A stretch of 64,000 nt of DNA from Candidatus Sericytochromatia bacterium (GTDB lineage: Bacteria; Cyanobacteriota; Sericytochromatia; S15B-MN24; VGJW01), in contig JAYKHS010000003.1 in the NCBI GenBank assembly GCA_035285865.1, positions 32,001-96,000 of the forward strand. Reading direction: 5' to 3'. The notes beneath the pieces are model-generated. The model worked only from the letters and a program-made list of their open reading frames with translations, searched no databases and was not told the origin of the DNA. Position numbers and translations under genes: made by a program. Positions within the stretch are counted from its first letter, which is position 1; each line of letters starts with the position of its first letter. Of the stretch, positions 36,399 through 47,017 are shown in pieces.

Positions 36399-38240
36399 AT
36401 GTGCGGCATCGTCGGCTATTGGGGGGCCAAACAGGCCTCGGACGTCCTCGTGGGTGGCCTGCGCCGCCTCGAGTACCGGGGCTACGACTCCGCCGGCGTG
36501 GCCGTTCTGGCGGACGGCGCCCTGCAAATCCGACGTGAGGTCGGCAAGCTTCAGGCGCTCGCCGATGGCCTCGGCCGCGCGCCGGTTCCCGGCACCGTGG
36601 GGATCGGCCACACCCGCTGGGCCACGCACGGGCGCCCGACGACCTACAACGCGCATCCCCACACGGATGCGACGGGCAAGCTGGTGGTGGTCCACAACGG
36701 CATCATCGAGAACTACATGGCCCTCAAGGAGCGTCTGCAGGGAGCTGGCCACACATTCCAATCGGATACCGACAGCGAGGTCCTCGCGCATCTGGTCGGC
36801 AGTTGCTATGCCGGCGACCTCCCCGCCGCCGTCCGCAAGGCCCTGAAACAGGTCGAAGGAACCTATGCCGCGGCCTTTCTCCATCAGGACCACCCCGACA
36901 CCATCGTGGGCGTCCGTCACGGTGCACCGCTCGTGGCCGGCGTCGGTGATGACGAATCCTTCCTCGCCTCGGACGTCAGCGCCCTGCTCGATCACACCCG
37001 CTCCGTGGTGTATCTGGACGACGGCAATCTCGTGCAAATCGGTCCCGAAGGCGTCAGGGTTTCCGATCTCGCAGGCCGCGACCTGCCGCTCGAGGTGCAT
37101 CGCGTCGACTGGAACCCTGCCGCTGCCGAGAAGGCCGGATTCGAGCACTTCATGCTCAAGGAAATCCACGAGCAGCCCGCCAGCTTGACGAACACGCTGG
37201 GCGGACGCCTCGACCAGGCCGCAAACCGCATCCATCTCGGAGACCAGCGCCTGACGGACGACGTCCTGAAGGGCATTCGCCGCGTCGTCGTCGTGGCCTG
37301 CGGGACGGCCTACTACGCGGGCCTCGTCGGCAAGTACGTCCTCGAGGAGCTCGCGCGACTGCCGGTCGAGGTCGACGTGGCCTCCGAGTTCCGCTATCGT
37401 CGCCCGGTTCTCGACCCCGAGACCCTCGTCATTGCCATCTCGCAGTCGGGCGAGACAGCCGATACGCTCGCTGCGCTGCGCGAGGCCAAGCGCCTCGGCT
37501 GTCCGACCCTCGGTGTCATCAACGCCATCGGTTCGACGATGGGCCGCGAGGTCGATGCCGTCCTCGCCCTGCAATCCGGACCAGAAATCAGCGTCGCCTC
37601 GACCAAGGCCTACACGAGCATGGTCGCCGCCATGCTCGTCCTGGGAGTCCACTTGGGTCAGGTCCGCGGCACGGTCGGGGATGCCGACGCCGCCGCGCTC
37701 ATCCGCGATCTCAAGCATCTGCCCGCACTGGTCACGAAGACCCTCGAGATGGCACCCCAGGTGCGCACCCTCGCCGAGGCCTTCGCGCTGTCGCAGAACT
37801 TCCTGTTCCTTGGACGCGGCATCAACTACCCCACGGCGCTGGAAGGCGCACTCAAGCTCAAGGAAATCTCCTACATCCACGCCGAGGCCTATGCGGCCGG
37901 CGAGATGAAGCACGGCCCCATAGCCCTCATCAACGAGGCGATGCCGGTCCTGGCCATCGCGACCCGAAGCGCGACCTACGACAAGATGGTCAGCAACATC
38001 CAGGAAGCCCGCTCGCGCAAGGGCTCCGCGATGGGTACCGTCATCGCCGTGGCCACCGAGGGCGACACCCAGATCGCCCACCACGTGGATCGGGTGCTGT
38101 ACGTGCCGGACAGCACCGAGCTGCTCTCGCCCATCATCAACGCAATCCCGCTGCAACTGCTGGCCTACGACATCGCGCGCATTCTGGGCAAGGACATTGA
38201 CCAACCCCGCAACCTGGCCAAGTCGGTGACCGTGGAATGA
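36399..38240 (+). CDS. glmS: Glutamine--fructose-6-phosphate aminotransferase
   Basis: [45 protein letters not shown]. Confidence 0.98.
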   Translation: MCGIVGYWGAKQASDVLVGGLRRLEYRGYDSAGVAVLADGALQIRREVGKLQALADGLGRAPVPGTVGIGHTRWATHGRPTTYNAHPHTDATGKLVVVHNGIIENYMALKERLQGAGHTFQSDTDSEVLAHLVGSCYAGDLPAAVRKALKQVEGTYAAAFLHQDHPDTIVGVRHGAPLVAGVGDDESFLASDVSALLDHTRSVVYLDDGNLVQIGPEGVRVSDLAGRDLPLEVHRVDWNPAAAEKAGFEHFMLKEIHEQPASLTNTLGGRLDQAANRIHLGDQRLTDDVLKGIRRVVVVACGTAYYAGLVGKYVLEELARLPVEVDVASEFRYRRPVLDPETLVIAISQSGETADTLAALREAKRLGCPTLGVINAIGSTMGREVDAVLALQSGPEISVASTKAYTSMVAAMLVLGVHLGQVRGTVGDADAAALIRDLKHLPALVTKTLEMAPQVRTLAEAFALSQNFLFLGRGINYPTALEGALKLKEISYIHAEAYAAGEMKHGPIALINEAMPVLAIATRSATYDKMVSNIQEARSRKGSAMGTVIAVATEGDTQIAHHVDRVLYVPDSTELLSPIINAIPLQLLAYDIARILGKDIDQPRNLAKSVTVE

Positions 38241-39220
38241 ACCTGCCGTCGCCGGAGTTCCGTCCGCGTCGCTTGCGGCGCACAGAAGCCCTGCGGCGCG
38301 CCGTCCGCGAGACGGTACTCGAGCCCCGGAACCTCATCCTGCCACTGTTCGCCTGTCCGGGCAGCGGCATCGCACGCGAGGTTCCCTCGATGCCCGGCGT
38401 CTTCCAGCAGAGCGTGGACAAGCTCCTCGAGACGGCGCATCGGGCCCGCGAGGCGCGACTCGGGGGCGTGATCCTGTTCGGCCTGCCCGAGTCCAAGGAC
38501 GCCACCGGCAGTTCGGCCTGGGACGAAGCCGGCCCGGTTCAGGAGGCGTTGCGGCGCATCAAGCGCGAGCTTCCGGACCTGCTGACGATCGCCGATGTCT
38601 GCATGTGCGAATACACCGACCACGGCCATTGCGGCATCCTCGAAGGCGACCATGTCGTCAACGACGCGTCGCTCGAACTGCTGGCACGAGCCTCCGTTAG
38701 CCTCGCGGATGCTGGCGCGGACATCCTGGCGCCCAGCGACATGATGGACGGACGCGTGGCGGCGATCCGTGCCGCGCTGGACGAAACCGGCCATGACGAC
38801 AAGCCGATCCTGTCCTACTCGGTCAAGTACGCTTCCGCCTTCTATGGCCCCTTCCGTGACGCTGCGGGCAGTGCCCCCCGTTCGGGCGACCGCCGGGGGT
38901 ACCAGATGGATCCTGCCAACGTGCGCGAAGCCCTCAAGGAGGCTGCCGAGGATCTGGCCGAAGGCGCCGACATGCTGATGGTCAAGCCGGCACTTGCCTA
39001 CATGGACATCATCCGGGCCGTGAAGGAGATGACGGATCGTCCGCTGGCTGCCTACAACGTCTCGGGCGAGTACGCGATGGTCAAGGCGGCCGCCCGTGCG
39101 GGCTGGATCGACGAACGGCGCATCGTTCTCGAGTTGCTGACCGGCCTGAAACGGGCAGGGGCCGACCTGATCCTGACCTACCACGCCCTCGACGCGGCGG
39201 CCTGGCTCGCCGAGGGCTGA
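38237..39220 (+). CDS. hemB: Porphobilinogen synthase (ALA dehydratase)
   Basis: [43 protein letters not shown]. Confidence 0.97.
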   Translation: MNLPSPEFRPRRLRRTEALRRAVRETVLEPRNLILPLFACPGSGIAREVPSMPGVFQQSVDKLLETAHRAREARLGGVILFGLPESKDATGSSAWDEAGPVQEALRRIKRELPDLLTIADVCMCEYTDHGHCGILEGDHVVNDASLELLARASVSLADAGADILAPSDMMDGRVAAIRAALDETGHDDKPILSYSVKYASAFYGPFRDAAGSAPRSGDRRGYQMDPANVREALKEAAEDLAEGADMLMVKPALAYMDIIRAVKEMTDRPLAAYNVSGEYAMVKAAARAGWIDERRIVLELLTGLKRAGADLILTYHALDAAAWLAEG

Positions 39221-39221
39221 C

Positions 39222-39701
39222 TCACCAGCCCATCAGGCGGGCCCAGAGGTCGCTGGCCAGCTCGATCGAGCGCGGTGCACGCGGCGCGCGCAGCAAAGGC
39301 ATGCGGGCCTCGTCCGGCGTGCGATCTCCCTTGCGGTTGTTGCAGCGCAGGCAGGCCGCGACCAGGTTTTCCCAGGAATCGTCGCCCCCGCGAGAACGGG
39401 GCATGACGTGGTCGACCGTCAGGTCGCCGCCCTTCCGGCCACAATACTGACAGGCTTGCCGATCGCGCCGGAAGAGGGCCTGCCGGGAAGGTTTCAGGCT
39501 CTCGAAGGTGTAGCGGGCAACCACGCGGACAAGCAGGCGGATGGCATAGGGGACGCGGATCTCCGTCGATGGGGAACGAACCACGTCCTCCGTGTCGCGC
39601 ACCGAGACCGCACGGCCCTGGTAGAGCATCGTGATCGCCTTCTCGACCCCTACGGTGTAGAGCGGTTGGTAAGTGGTCGACAGGACGAGAACCTGCATCA
39701 C
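39222..39701 (-). CDS. HNH endonuclease
   Basis: RDRQACQYCG, TVDHVMPRSRGG, WENLVAACLRCNNRKG. Confidence 0.92.
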   Translation of the reverse strand: MMQVLVLSTTYQPLYTVGVEKAITMLYQGRAVSVRDTEDVVRSPSTEIRVPYAIRLLVRVVARYTFESLKPSRQALFRRDRQACQYCGRKGGDLTVDHVMPRSRGGDDSWENLVAACLRCNNRKGDRTPDEARMPLLRAPRAPRSIELASDLWARLMGW

Positions 39702-39824
39702 GGGAACACTCCCTTGCGGGCACCCCGGGGACGACCGAAGCGCCCTGTTGCAGTTTTACCCGCCCAAGTCCCCGTCGTAGCAGGCTTTCGGGCCAAATTT
39801 CCGAGAGGCTGTATGCTGGATGCC

Positions 39825-40583
39825 ATGGCAGGCAGCGGATGCCTCTACCTCGTGGCTACCCCCATCGGCAACCTCGAGGACATCACCCTGCGTGCACTGG
39901 ACACCTTGGCCAACGTCGACCGCGTCGCAGCGGAAGACACGCGCGTTGCCCGCAAGTTGCTGGACCGACACGGCATCGACAAGCCCCTCGTCTCGTGCCA
40001 CGCCCACACGGCCGGACCGAAGCTGGAAGCCCTGGCGAATGCCATGGCTGCGGGCGAACGCCTCGCCTTCATCAGCGATGCGGGGACCCCGGGCATCTCG
40101 GACCCTGGGCATGAGCTGGTCTGCCTGGCCGTGTCGCGCGGCGTGACCGTCGTGCCCATTCCGGGTGCGAGCGCTCTGACGGCATTGCTGTCCGTTGCGG
40201 ACCTGCCAGCCGGACGGTTCGTCTTCGAGGGCTTCCTGCCGCGCGAGGGCAAGGCGCGACGACGGCTGCTCCGCACGACCGCGGCCGAACTGAGGCCGAC
40301 CGTGTTCTTCGAAGGCCCTCACCGCCTGGAAGACACGTTGACGGACCTGCTGGCCATCTGGGGCGACAGGCGTGTCGTGATCGGCCGGGAGCTGACCAAA
40401 CTGCACGAGGAAGTCTTCCGGGGCAGCCTGTCCGAGGCGCTGGCCCGCTTCACGGCCGATCCGCCGCGCGGGGAGTTGTCGCTGCTCGTGGCCGGTGCTT
40501 CGGCGGAAGCACCGACCATCGACCCTGAGCCCGAAGCCTCCCCACCCCTTCGTCCCGGCCGCCGGGAGAGGAACCGCCGATGA
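39825..40583 (+). CDS. rsmI: 16S rRNA (C1402-2'-O)-methyltransferase
   Basis: LYLVATPIGNLEDITLRAL, AEDTR, SDAGTPGISDPG, RELTKLHEE. Confidence 0.95.
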   Translation: MAGSGCLYLVATPIGNLEDITLRALDTLANVDRVAAEDTRVARKLLDRHGIDKPLVSCHAHTAGPKLEALANAMAAGERLAFISDAGTPGISDPGHELVCLAVSRGVTVVPIPGASALTALLSVADLPAGRFVFEGFLPREGKARRRLLRTTAAELRPTVFFEGPHRLEDTLTDLLAIWGDRRVVIGRELTKLHEEVFRGSLSEALARFTADPPRGELSLLVAGASAEAPTIDPEPEASPPLRPGRRERNRR

Positions 40584-43444
40584 CCGCGCCCCTGCCCGCG
40601 ACCCCGGGCGGCATCCTGCTGCTCGTCGATGGTCACGCGATGGCCTACAGGGCCCACTACGCCCTGATGCGCCAGGGCCTCCGGGCCAAGGACGGGACGC
40701 CCACTTGGGCGGTGTACGGCTTTGCCAGCATCCTGTTCTCGGCCATCGCGCGGCTGAAGCCCACCGGAGTGGCTGTCGCTTTCGACCTGCCGGAACCGAC
40801 CTTCCGCCACGAGGCCTTCGCGGCCTACAAGGCCAACCGCAAGCCGATGCCGGACGAGCTGGTGCCTCAGATCGATCTGATGCGCGAACTGGTGGTGGCC
40901 CTCGGCATGCCGCTGCATGAGCGGCCGGGCTACGAAGCTGACGATGTGCTCGGGACGATTGCCACTCGGGCCGCTGAGGAAGGCTGGCAGGTCCGCATCC
41001 TGACGGGCGACCGCGACACCTTCCAACTGGTCGACGACCGGATCCATGTCGTCATGCCGGGCAAGGGTGTTGGCGACCTCGACTTCTTCGACGCCCAGGG
41101 CGTCACCGAACGCATGGGCCTGCCGCCGGACCGCATCGTCGACTACAAGGGACTTGCCGGCGACACGTCGGACAACATCCCCGGCGTACCGGGCGTGGGC
41201 GAGAAGACTGCCGTCGATCTGCTCCGGTCCTTCGGCAGCTTCGACGCAATCTTCGCCGGACTCGCCGGCATCGCCAAGCCGAAGCTTCGCCAGAACCTCG
41301 AGGAGCATCAGGAGCTGGCCCGCATCTCCCGGCAATTGGCCACCATCGACGTGAACGTGCCCCTCGAGGACCTCGACTGGCATCGCTGCAAGCTCGAGGT
41401 CCCGGACCTCGACACGCTGACCCGATTTCTGGAGCGGCTGGACTTCAAGGGCCTGCTGCGCAACCTGCCCCGACTGCTGGGGGACTTCATGCCCGGTTTG
41501 CCGGGCACTTCGGGAGCAACAGAACCATCCGCAGCCATGCATGCGGGCCCTGCCGGTGGATCGCCGACGGGCCAGGGCGCCCTCTTCGCCGATGCGCCGA
41601 GCTCGCCCGCGACGATGCCGGAAACCCTCCTCGAGCCGACACCGGTCGTACCCGTCGATCGCGAAGCGCTTCAGGCCCTTCGAGATGCCCTCGAAGCCGC
41701 GTCCGGTCCGATCGCCTTCGACACGGAAACCGATGGCCTCTTCCCCCTGCGCTGCCAACTGGTGGGCCTGTCCCTCGCCTGGGGCGACGGCGCACCGGAG
41801 TACTGCCCTACGGCTTACATCCCGATCGGCCACGCCGAGGGCCCGAATGCCCCGCTCGCCCTGGTGCGCGAGATCCTCGGGCCCGTGCTGGCCTCGGATC
41901 GCCCAAAGGTGGCCCACAATGCCAAGTTCGACCTGCACGTGCTCGATCGGGCCGGTCTGCCGGTCGCGGGGCTCGTCGAGGACAGCATGCTGGCCGCGTT
42001 CATGGCCGAGGGTGGTCAGGGCCGCGTCGGCCTCAAGGACCTGACGCGCCGGGTGCTGGGCCTCGGGATGACCCCCATCGAGGAACTCATCGGCACCGGC
42101 CGAAAGCAGATCACGATGGATCGAGTCCCCGCAGACAAGGCCTCCCGCTATGCCGCCGCCGACGCGGCGGCTACCCTGGCGCTCCACCACGGCTACCGGG
42201 ATCGTCTTGTCGAGGCCCGCCAGGACAGGCTGTACCACGACCTGGAGTTGCCCCTGCTGCAAGTCCTCGCGCGCATGGAGCGTCGAGGCGTCCGCCTGGA
42301 TCGCGAGCGCCTGGCGACGATCAGCGACCGGCTCGGTGCGCGCATCGTTGCCCTGGAGGCCGAGGCCCACGGCCTGATGGGACGCCCTTTCAACCTCGCC
42401 AGTCCGCGCCAGATCGAGACGATTCTCTTCGACGACCTGGGCTTGCCGGCCCCCCGGCGCACCAAGACCGGGCGCTCCACGGAGGCAGCCGTGCTCGAGG
42501 AGCTGCAGGACGCCCACCCGCTCGTCCGCCTGTTGCTGGAGCACCGCCAGCTCAGCAAGCTCAAGGGCACCTACCTCGACGCCCTGCCGGACTACGTCCA
42601 TCCCGACACGGGCTGCTTGCACACGTCCTACAACCAGCACGTTGCCGCCACCGGTCGGCTGTCCTCGGACAATCCCAACTTGCAGAACATCCCGGTGCGC
42701 GGGGAACTGGGCCGCGCCATCCGCGGCGCGTTTCTGCCCCGGGATCCGGCCAACCTGATGGTCTCGGCCGACTACTCCCAGATCGAGCTGCGTCTGCTCG
42801 CGCACATCTCGCGCGACGAGGCCTTCCTCGAGGCTTTCGCCCGCGGCCTCGACATCCATACCGCGACGGCTTCCGAGATCTTCGGCGTGGCCCCGGAAGC
42901 CGTCGATGCGGACATGCGCCGTCGTGCCAAAGCCGTGAACTTCGGTGTGGTCTACGGGCAAACGGCCTTCGGCCTGGCCCGTCAACTGGCCATCCCCCAG
43001 AAAGAAGCCAAAGCCTTCATCGATGCCTACCGTGCCCGATACCCGGGCATCCAGCGCTACATGGTGGAGACCATTGCCCGAGCCCACCAGAACGGCTGGG
43101 TCGAAACGCTGATGGGCCGTCGGCGAATCCTGCCCGGTCTGCGATCTTCCATGCGCCAGGAAAGGGATCTGGCCGAACGGGCCGCCATCAATGCGCCCAT
43201 TCAGGGCACGGCGGCCGACCTCATCAAGGTGGCCATGCTGCGCGTCGATGCGGCGCTCGTGCGCGAGGGCCTGCAAGCGCGCATGGTCCTGCAGGTGCAC
43301 GACGAACTGGTCCTCGAGGTGCCCCCGGCGGAGCAGAAAGGCGTCGAAGCCTTGCTGGTACGGGAGATGACCGGTGCCATGCAGCTTTCCGTGCCTCTCG
43401 AGGTCTCGGTGCACGCTGGCCCGGACTGGGGATCGGCCAAGTAG
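40580..43444 (+). CDS. polA: DNA polymerase I (5'-3' exonuclease, 3'-5' exonuclease, polymerase)
   Basis: LVDGH, EADDV, GDTSDNIPGVPGVGEKTA, AFDTET, SADYSQIELR, KAVNFGVVYG, LQVHDEL. Confidence 0.98.
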   Translation: MTAPLPATPGGILLLVDGHAMAYRAHYALMRQGLRAKDGTPTWAVYGFASILFSAIARLKPTGVAVAFDLPEPTFRHEAFAAYKANRKPMPDELVPQIDLMRELVVALGMPLHERPGYEADDVLGTIATRAAEEGWQVRILTGDRDTFQLVDDRIHVVMPGKGVGDLDFFDAQGVTERMGLPPDRIVDYKGLAGDTSDNIPGVPGVGEKTAVDLLRSFGSFDAIFAGLAGIAKPKLRQNLEEHQELARISRQLATIDVNVPLEDLDWHRCKLEVPDLDTLTRFLERLDFKGLLRNLPRLLGDFMPGLPGTSGATEPSAAMHAGPAGGSPTGQGALFADAPSSPATMPETLLEPTPVVPVDREALQALRDALEAASGPIAFDTETDGLFPLRCQLVGLSLAWGDGAPEYCPTAYIPIGHAEGPNAPLALVREILGPVLASDRPKVAHNAKFDLHVLDRAGLPVAGLVEDSMLAAFMAEGGQGRVGLKDLTRRVLGLGMTPIEELIGTGRKQITMDRVPADKASRYAAADAAATLALHHGYRDRLVEARQDRLYHDLELPLLQVLARMERRGVRLDRERLATISDRLGARIVALEAEAHGLMGRPFNLASPRQIETILFDDLGLPAPRRTKTGRSTEAAVLEELQDAHPLVRLLLEHRQLSKLKGTYLDALPDYVHPDTGCLHTSYNQHVAATGRLSSDNPNLQNIPVRGELGRAIRGAFLPRDPANLMVSADYSQIELRLLAHISRDEAFLEAFARGLDIHTATASEIFGVAPEAVDADMRRRAKAVNFGVVYGQTAFGLARQLAIPQKEAKAFIDAYRARYPGIQRYMVETIARAHQNGWVETLMGRRRILPGLRSSMRQERDLAERAAINAPIQGTAADLIKVAMLRVDAALVREGLQARMVLQVHDELVLEVPPAEQKGVEALLVREMTGAMQLSVPLEVSVHAGPDWGSAK

Positions 43445-43480
43445 GCAGGCGGCAAGCCTGTCGCACGGCCACCGCCACCT

Positions 43481-45580
43481 TCAGAATCGAAAGGCCGACC
43501 CGGCTCTGAAGATCGGCACTAAGGCTCCGCCTGCCGGCATGGTCCAGACCGGCACGAACACCCCGAGGATGCTCGGGAAACCCAGGCCAGGCAAGCCCAG
43601 CACGACGCCGAAACCGGCTTCCGTGAGCGTCCCGGCGGCGCCGCCGACTGCGAGCGGGCGGCCGTACCAAGCCTGGTTCAAGAAGGCCGTGCCGAGGGTC
43701 CACCCCTCGAAGGGCAAACCCGGAAGGTGCCAGGTGCCCCCGAGTGGAGTGACGCCTTCGGCCCCAAGCGTCGTCCCCCAACGAATCGCGCCCACAGGGT
43801 CCCATTGAGTAAGGCCCTCGTGGCCGAGGTCGAGCATCGAGCGTCCCTGATCGGGGGCGACGCCCGTCCATGCCCGCAGCGAGAGCCGCCGCCGCCACCC
43901 CAGATCCTGATGCCACACCAACTCGGCGTCGGCCAGAGAAGAATCAGGCTGTCCAGGCAAGCCCTCGGCCCCGGCCCGGAAGAGCAGGCCGCGAGGCCGA
44001 ACGCCCAGCACCGGCTCGGGCACCCAGGCCACACCTCCGTCCACCCGCGGCACGCCACGGACCACGCCCCGCTCGACCAGCGCCCGGATTCCGGGCCGAA
44101 TGTAGGGCACCAGGCCCTCCCCGGGCGGATGACCTCCCAGGAAGTTCATCCGGACATCGCCGATGAGCGTGTCGTTCCGAGATGCCCATGTCGCCGCCCA
44201 CGGATAGGCTCCGAGCCCGAAGAACCAGGGCTGCGGGCGGAAGACTCCGCCCACATCCGTGTGCCAGCCGACTGCCGGGGCCGACAGATGCGGGGGCCTG
44301 GCCTTGTGGCCATCCGGTGTCCCCCCCGTCAATTGGCGTTCGAGACGGATGGCCGCATCCGGTCCGACCTCGCGCGCCCGGATCAGCACACCCTCGGTCG
44401 TGGCCTCGCCACGCACCATGTCACCACGCACTCCCTCGAGCCAGCGCGCAAAGGCTTCGGCTGGCAGGGCCTGCCGGAAATCCTCAATCACGCGCGGCCC
44501 GCGCACGCCCCACAGACGCGGACGTGCCATCCGGTCCGCAGGTTCGAGGCGCGCCAGAGGGGCATCCTCCCCCATCGCCTCCTGATAGGCCACGCCATCG
44601 GCCTCTTCCTCGGCCAACCCTGTTGTCCAGGCCCGCAGGGGATCCAGCCACGCAAAAGCAGGCTCGAGCCACGCGCGCGCCACGCGTCCCCCGGGGCGCG
44701 TCTCGCGAAGCCAGCTCCCGGCCACCCAGTTGGGCATCACCTCGTCCAGCCACGGACTGCCCGGATCGCGCTGTCCCGGCGGGAACCACTGCCGCGCGAG
44801 CCCACGCATCAGGACGAACTCTAGGCCGGACAGACTGCCAAGCCCGCGAAACAGTTCCTCCTGCCTCAGCATGAGGTTCGGCAACACGACCAGGCCGGGC
44901 TCCACGACTTCACGTGCCACGGTCGTGACTCCACTCCAGGATAACGTCACGGCCCTGTCAGGTGGCGGGCCGAATCGCGACTCCAGCCATCGCACCATCG
45001 GCTCCGCACGGGTCAGAAGCGCCTCGGCACTGGCGCTCTCACCGGCAGGTGCCGCCACCCTCACGGTCACGCCCGCCACCTGTGACTCTCTCCAAAGCCC
45101 CCGAGGCCGGACCAGCCCCAGACCTCCACCGCCGTGGGCCCCGTCGATTCGCCACCGCCGCCTCGCTCCGGTCCCCGGCTCGGCCATGGCCGGCACTGCC
45201 GCCACGGGCTCGAGGGTCTCGGGCAGTTCCAGCAGCACGGAAACCGACTGACGCCAAGGGCCGGCCGATTCCCACGACGGATCGCCGGCGGAATCGGGCG
45301 CAACCGGGATCGGCAGGGCACCACCCAGCAAGAACGTGTCGCCCTCACGGCCGGGATTGGCGCTGCAGTCCTCGATCGGCAGCGAGAAGTTCCACACGCA
45401 ACCCGAGCCATCCGTTTGCACGGACCACGTGGCCGGCCGGGAGCCGGGCTCCCGTCGACAGGCCACGTCGTCTCCGTACCGGATCTCCGCAGCTTGTCGC
45501 AGGGACCAGCCGCGGTCGGACGAGGCTGGGTAGCCCATCGATGTCGGCCTGCTCGGCACGCGAATGGTACCGTGCAGCAC
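43481..45580 (-). CDS. M1-aminopeptidase-fold protein lacking HExxH, with C-terminal beta-rich region
   Basis: [11 protein letters not shown]...[10 protein letters not shown] corresponds to VIAHELAHQWF...WLDEG; N-terminus may extend to 45676. Confidence 0.55.
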   Translation of the reverse strand: MLHGTIRVPSRPTSMGYPASSDRGWSLRQAAEIRYGDDVACRREPGSRPATWSVQTDGSGCVWNFSLPIEDCSANPGREGDTFLLGGALPIPVAPDSAGDPSWESAGPWRQSVSVLLELPETLEPVAAVPAMAEPGTGARRRWRIDGAHGGGGLGLVRPRGLWRESQVAGVTVRVAAPAGESASAEALLTRAEPMVRWLESRFGPPPDRAVTLSWSGVTTVAREVVEPGLVVLPNLMLRQEELFRGLGSLSGLEFVLMRGLARQWFPPGQRDPGSPWLDEVMPNWVAGSWLRETRPGGRVARAWLEPAFAWLDPLRAWTTGLAEEEADGVAYQEAMGEDAPLARLEPADRMARPRLWGVRGPRVIEDFRQALPAEAFARWLEGVRGDMVRGEATTEGVLIRAREVGPDAAIRLERQLTGGTPDGHKARPPHLSAPAVGWHTDVGGVFRPQPWFFGLGAYPWAATWASRNDTLIGDVRMNFLGGHPPGEGLVPYIRPGIRALVERGVVRGVPRVDGGVAWVPEPVLGVRPRGLLFRAGAEGLPGQPDSSLADAELVWHQDLGWRRRLSLRAWTGVAPDQGRSMLDLGHEGLTQWDPVGAIRWGTTLGAEGVTPLGGTWHLPGLPFEGWTLGTAFLNQAWYGRPLAVGGAAGTLTEAGFGVVLGLPGLGFPSILGVFVPVWTMPAGGALVPIFRAGSAFRF

Positions 45581-45672
45581 CCCGAGGTCTGCGTCGAGGC
45601 TGGCCTCGACTTGCCAGGAAGACGAGGCTGCGGGTTCCGGACCCGCAGAGACGGCCGGGAAATTCAGGCCGA

Positions 45673-46377
45673 TCAGTCCCGCACGACGCCGCCGACGCTG
45701 CCGCCGCCGGTCCCGCCCCCGGCAGTGCCATCGCCGTTGAGCAACGACCGGGAATCGACGCCTCCGGAAAGAAACTGCAAGTTACCCTGCTCGCCCGTCA
45801 CGCCGACGATGTAACCCGACACCTCGACCGGGGTCTGGATGGCCATGTCCATCATCACGACGCTCTGACCGCGTGCCACCCGAGCATACTGCATCATCCC
45901 GACGTAACCTTCGTCATTCGGATTCGGCGTCATGATGGGCGTCGGCTCGCTGTCATAGCGCCCGGACGGCAGATCCCGCCGACTGACCGGAAACGTCGCC
46001 GGGCCACCGCGCCCATCGATGCCCTGGCAGATGGAATCATTGTCGCTGAAGCCCGAGATGACGGCATTGGTGACCTCACGCCGGTCGAGCCCGGTGGAGA
46101 TGCTGCCGCCCCATGGACTGGCACCGGCATCGAAGCGCTTCTGGAGCCAGGTGACCGAGAGTGCGAGGATGTCGGGGTAGGCTCGGGCATTGACCGTCGC
46201 CAACTCCTCGACCACGGCCTGGAGGGCGACGACCTTCTGCTTGGCCTTGGCCGTACCCGCGCTGGACTTGGCCACCTGATAGACATAGGTGGCGCTGGCC
46301 AGCAGGACAACGCCGACGACCGTGACGAGGATCGTCTCGACCAGCGTGAATGCGGGGGCAGCGGTAACGCGACGCAT
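45673..46377 (-). CDS. Type IV pilin/pseudopilin-like protein
   Basis: MRR...AFTLVE plus hydrophobic helix; GGAGG RBS. Confidence 0.8.
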   Translation of the reverse strand: MRRVTAAPAFTLVETILVTVVGVVLLASATYVYQVAKSSAGTAKAKQKVVALQAVVEELATVNARAYPDILALSVTWLQKRFDAGASPWGGSISTGLDRREVTNAVISGFSDNDSICQGIDGRGGPATFPVSRRDLPSGRYDSEPTPIMTPNPNDEGYVGMMQYARVARGQSVVMMDMAIQTPVEVSGYIVGVTGEQGNLQFLSGGVDSRSLLNGDGTAGGGTGGGSVGGVVRD

Positions 46378-46450
46378 GGAACCTCCGGGGGGACGAACCC
46401 GTTGTACCCTGCCACGGGCATGCGGCAACCAAACTTGGCACTAATGTCAT

Positions 46451-46481
46451 TTGACAAGCCGACACTAAATCATGTTAGCTT
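46451..46481 (+). promoter_or_regulatory. Promoter with overlapping dyad upstream of hspR-clpC
   Basis: TTGACA-19 bp-TAGCTT (TGn extended -10); imperfect inverted repeat AAGCCGACA-N8-TGTTAGCTT (46456-46481). Confidence 0.5.
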
Positions 46482-46545
46482 GGACCAGACAGGATGCACG
46501 GCGAACGGGGCAACTGCTTGCGCCTCGTGCCGGCAGGAGGTGGCG

Positions 46546-46950
46546 ATGCTCGACCCCGGTGCCAAGGACCGGCCGCTGTACATCATCAGCGTGGCGGCGG
46601 AACTCGTGAACATGCATCCCCAGACCCTCCGCCTCTACGAGCGCCGCGGACTGGTCCAACCCAAGCGGCAGGGCAAGAACCGGCTCTACAGCCAGCGGGA
46701 CATCGAGCGCCTCGTCTATATCCAGAACCTGACGCAGGAACTGGGCATCAACCTGGCCGGCGTCGAGCGCATCATCCGTCTCCAGAACGAACTGGACCAG
46801 ATGAAAGCGCTCAAGGAAGCCGAATTGCGCGACATTCAGGACCGCCTCACCCAGCTGGAGGCCATGAAGCGGGTGCGGCAAGGCGAGATTGCGGACTTGC
46901 AGGCCCGTCTCCACGGTGCTCTGGAAGAAGGTTCCGAGGCGGAGGGATAG
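46546..46950 (+). CDS. hspR: MerR-family heat-shock repressor HspR-like
   Basis: [48 protein letters not shown]. Confidence 0.88.
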   Translation: MLDPGAKDRPLYIISVAAELVNMHPQTLRLYERRGLVQPKRQGKNRLYSQRDIERLVYIQNLTQELGINLAGVERIIRLQNELDQMKALKEAELRDIQDRLTQLEAMKRVRQGEIADLQARLHGALEEGSEAEG

Positions 46951-47017
46951 GCTTTCGGGGTGCGTGGTAGGATGCCCCTCGGGCCCACCGGGCTCGCTTC
47001 GATGACGAGGTGCCAAG

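Noticed and set aside
39222..39701. HNH gene as a mobile or defence element
   Set aside because: Common stand-alone HNH type with host-like GC, among housekeeping genes, with no flanking repeats.
46435..46470. CIRCE element
   Set aside because: Only a left-half-like TTGGCACT is present; no GAGTGCTAA at 9-bp spacing.
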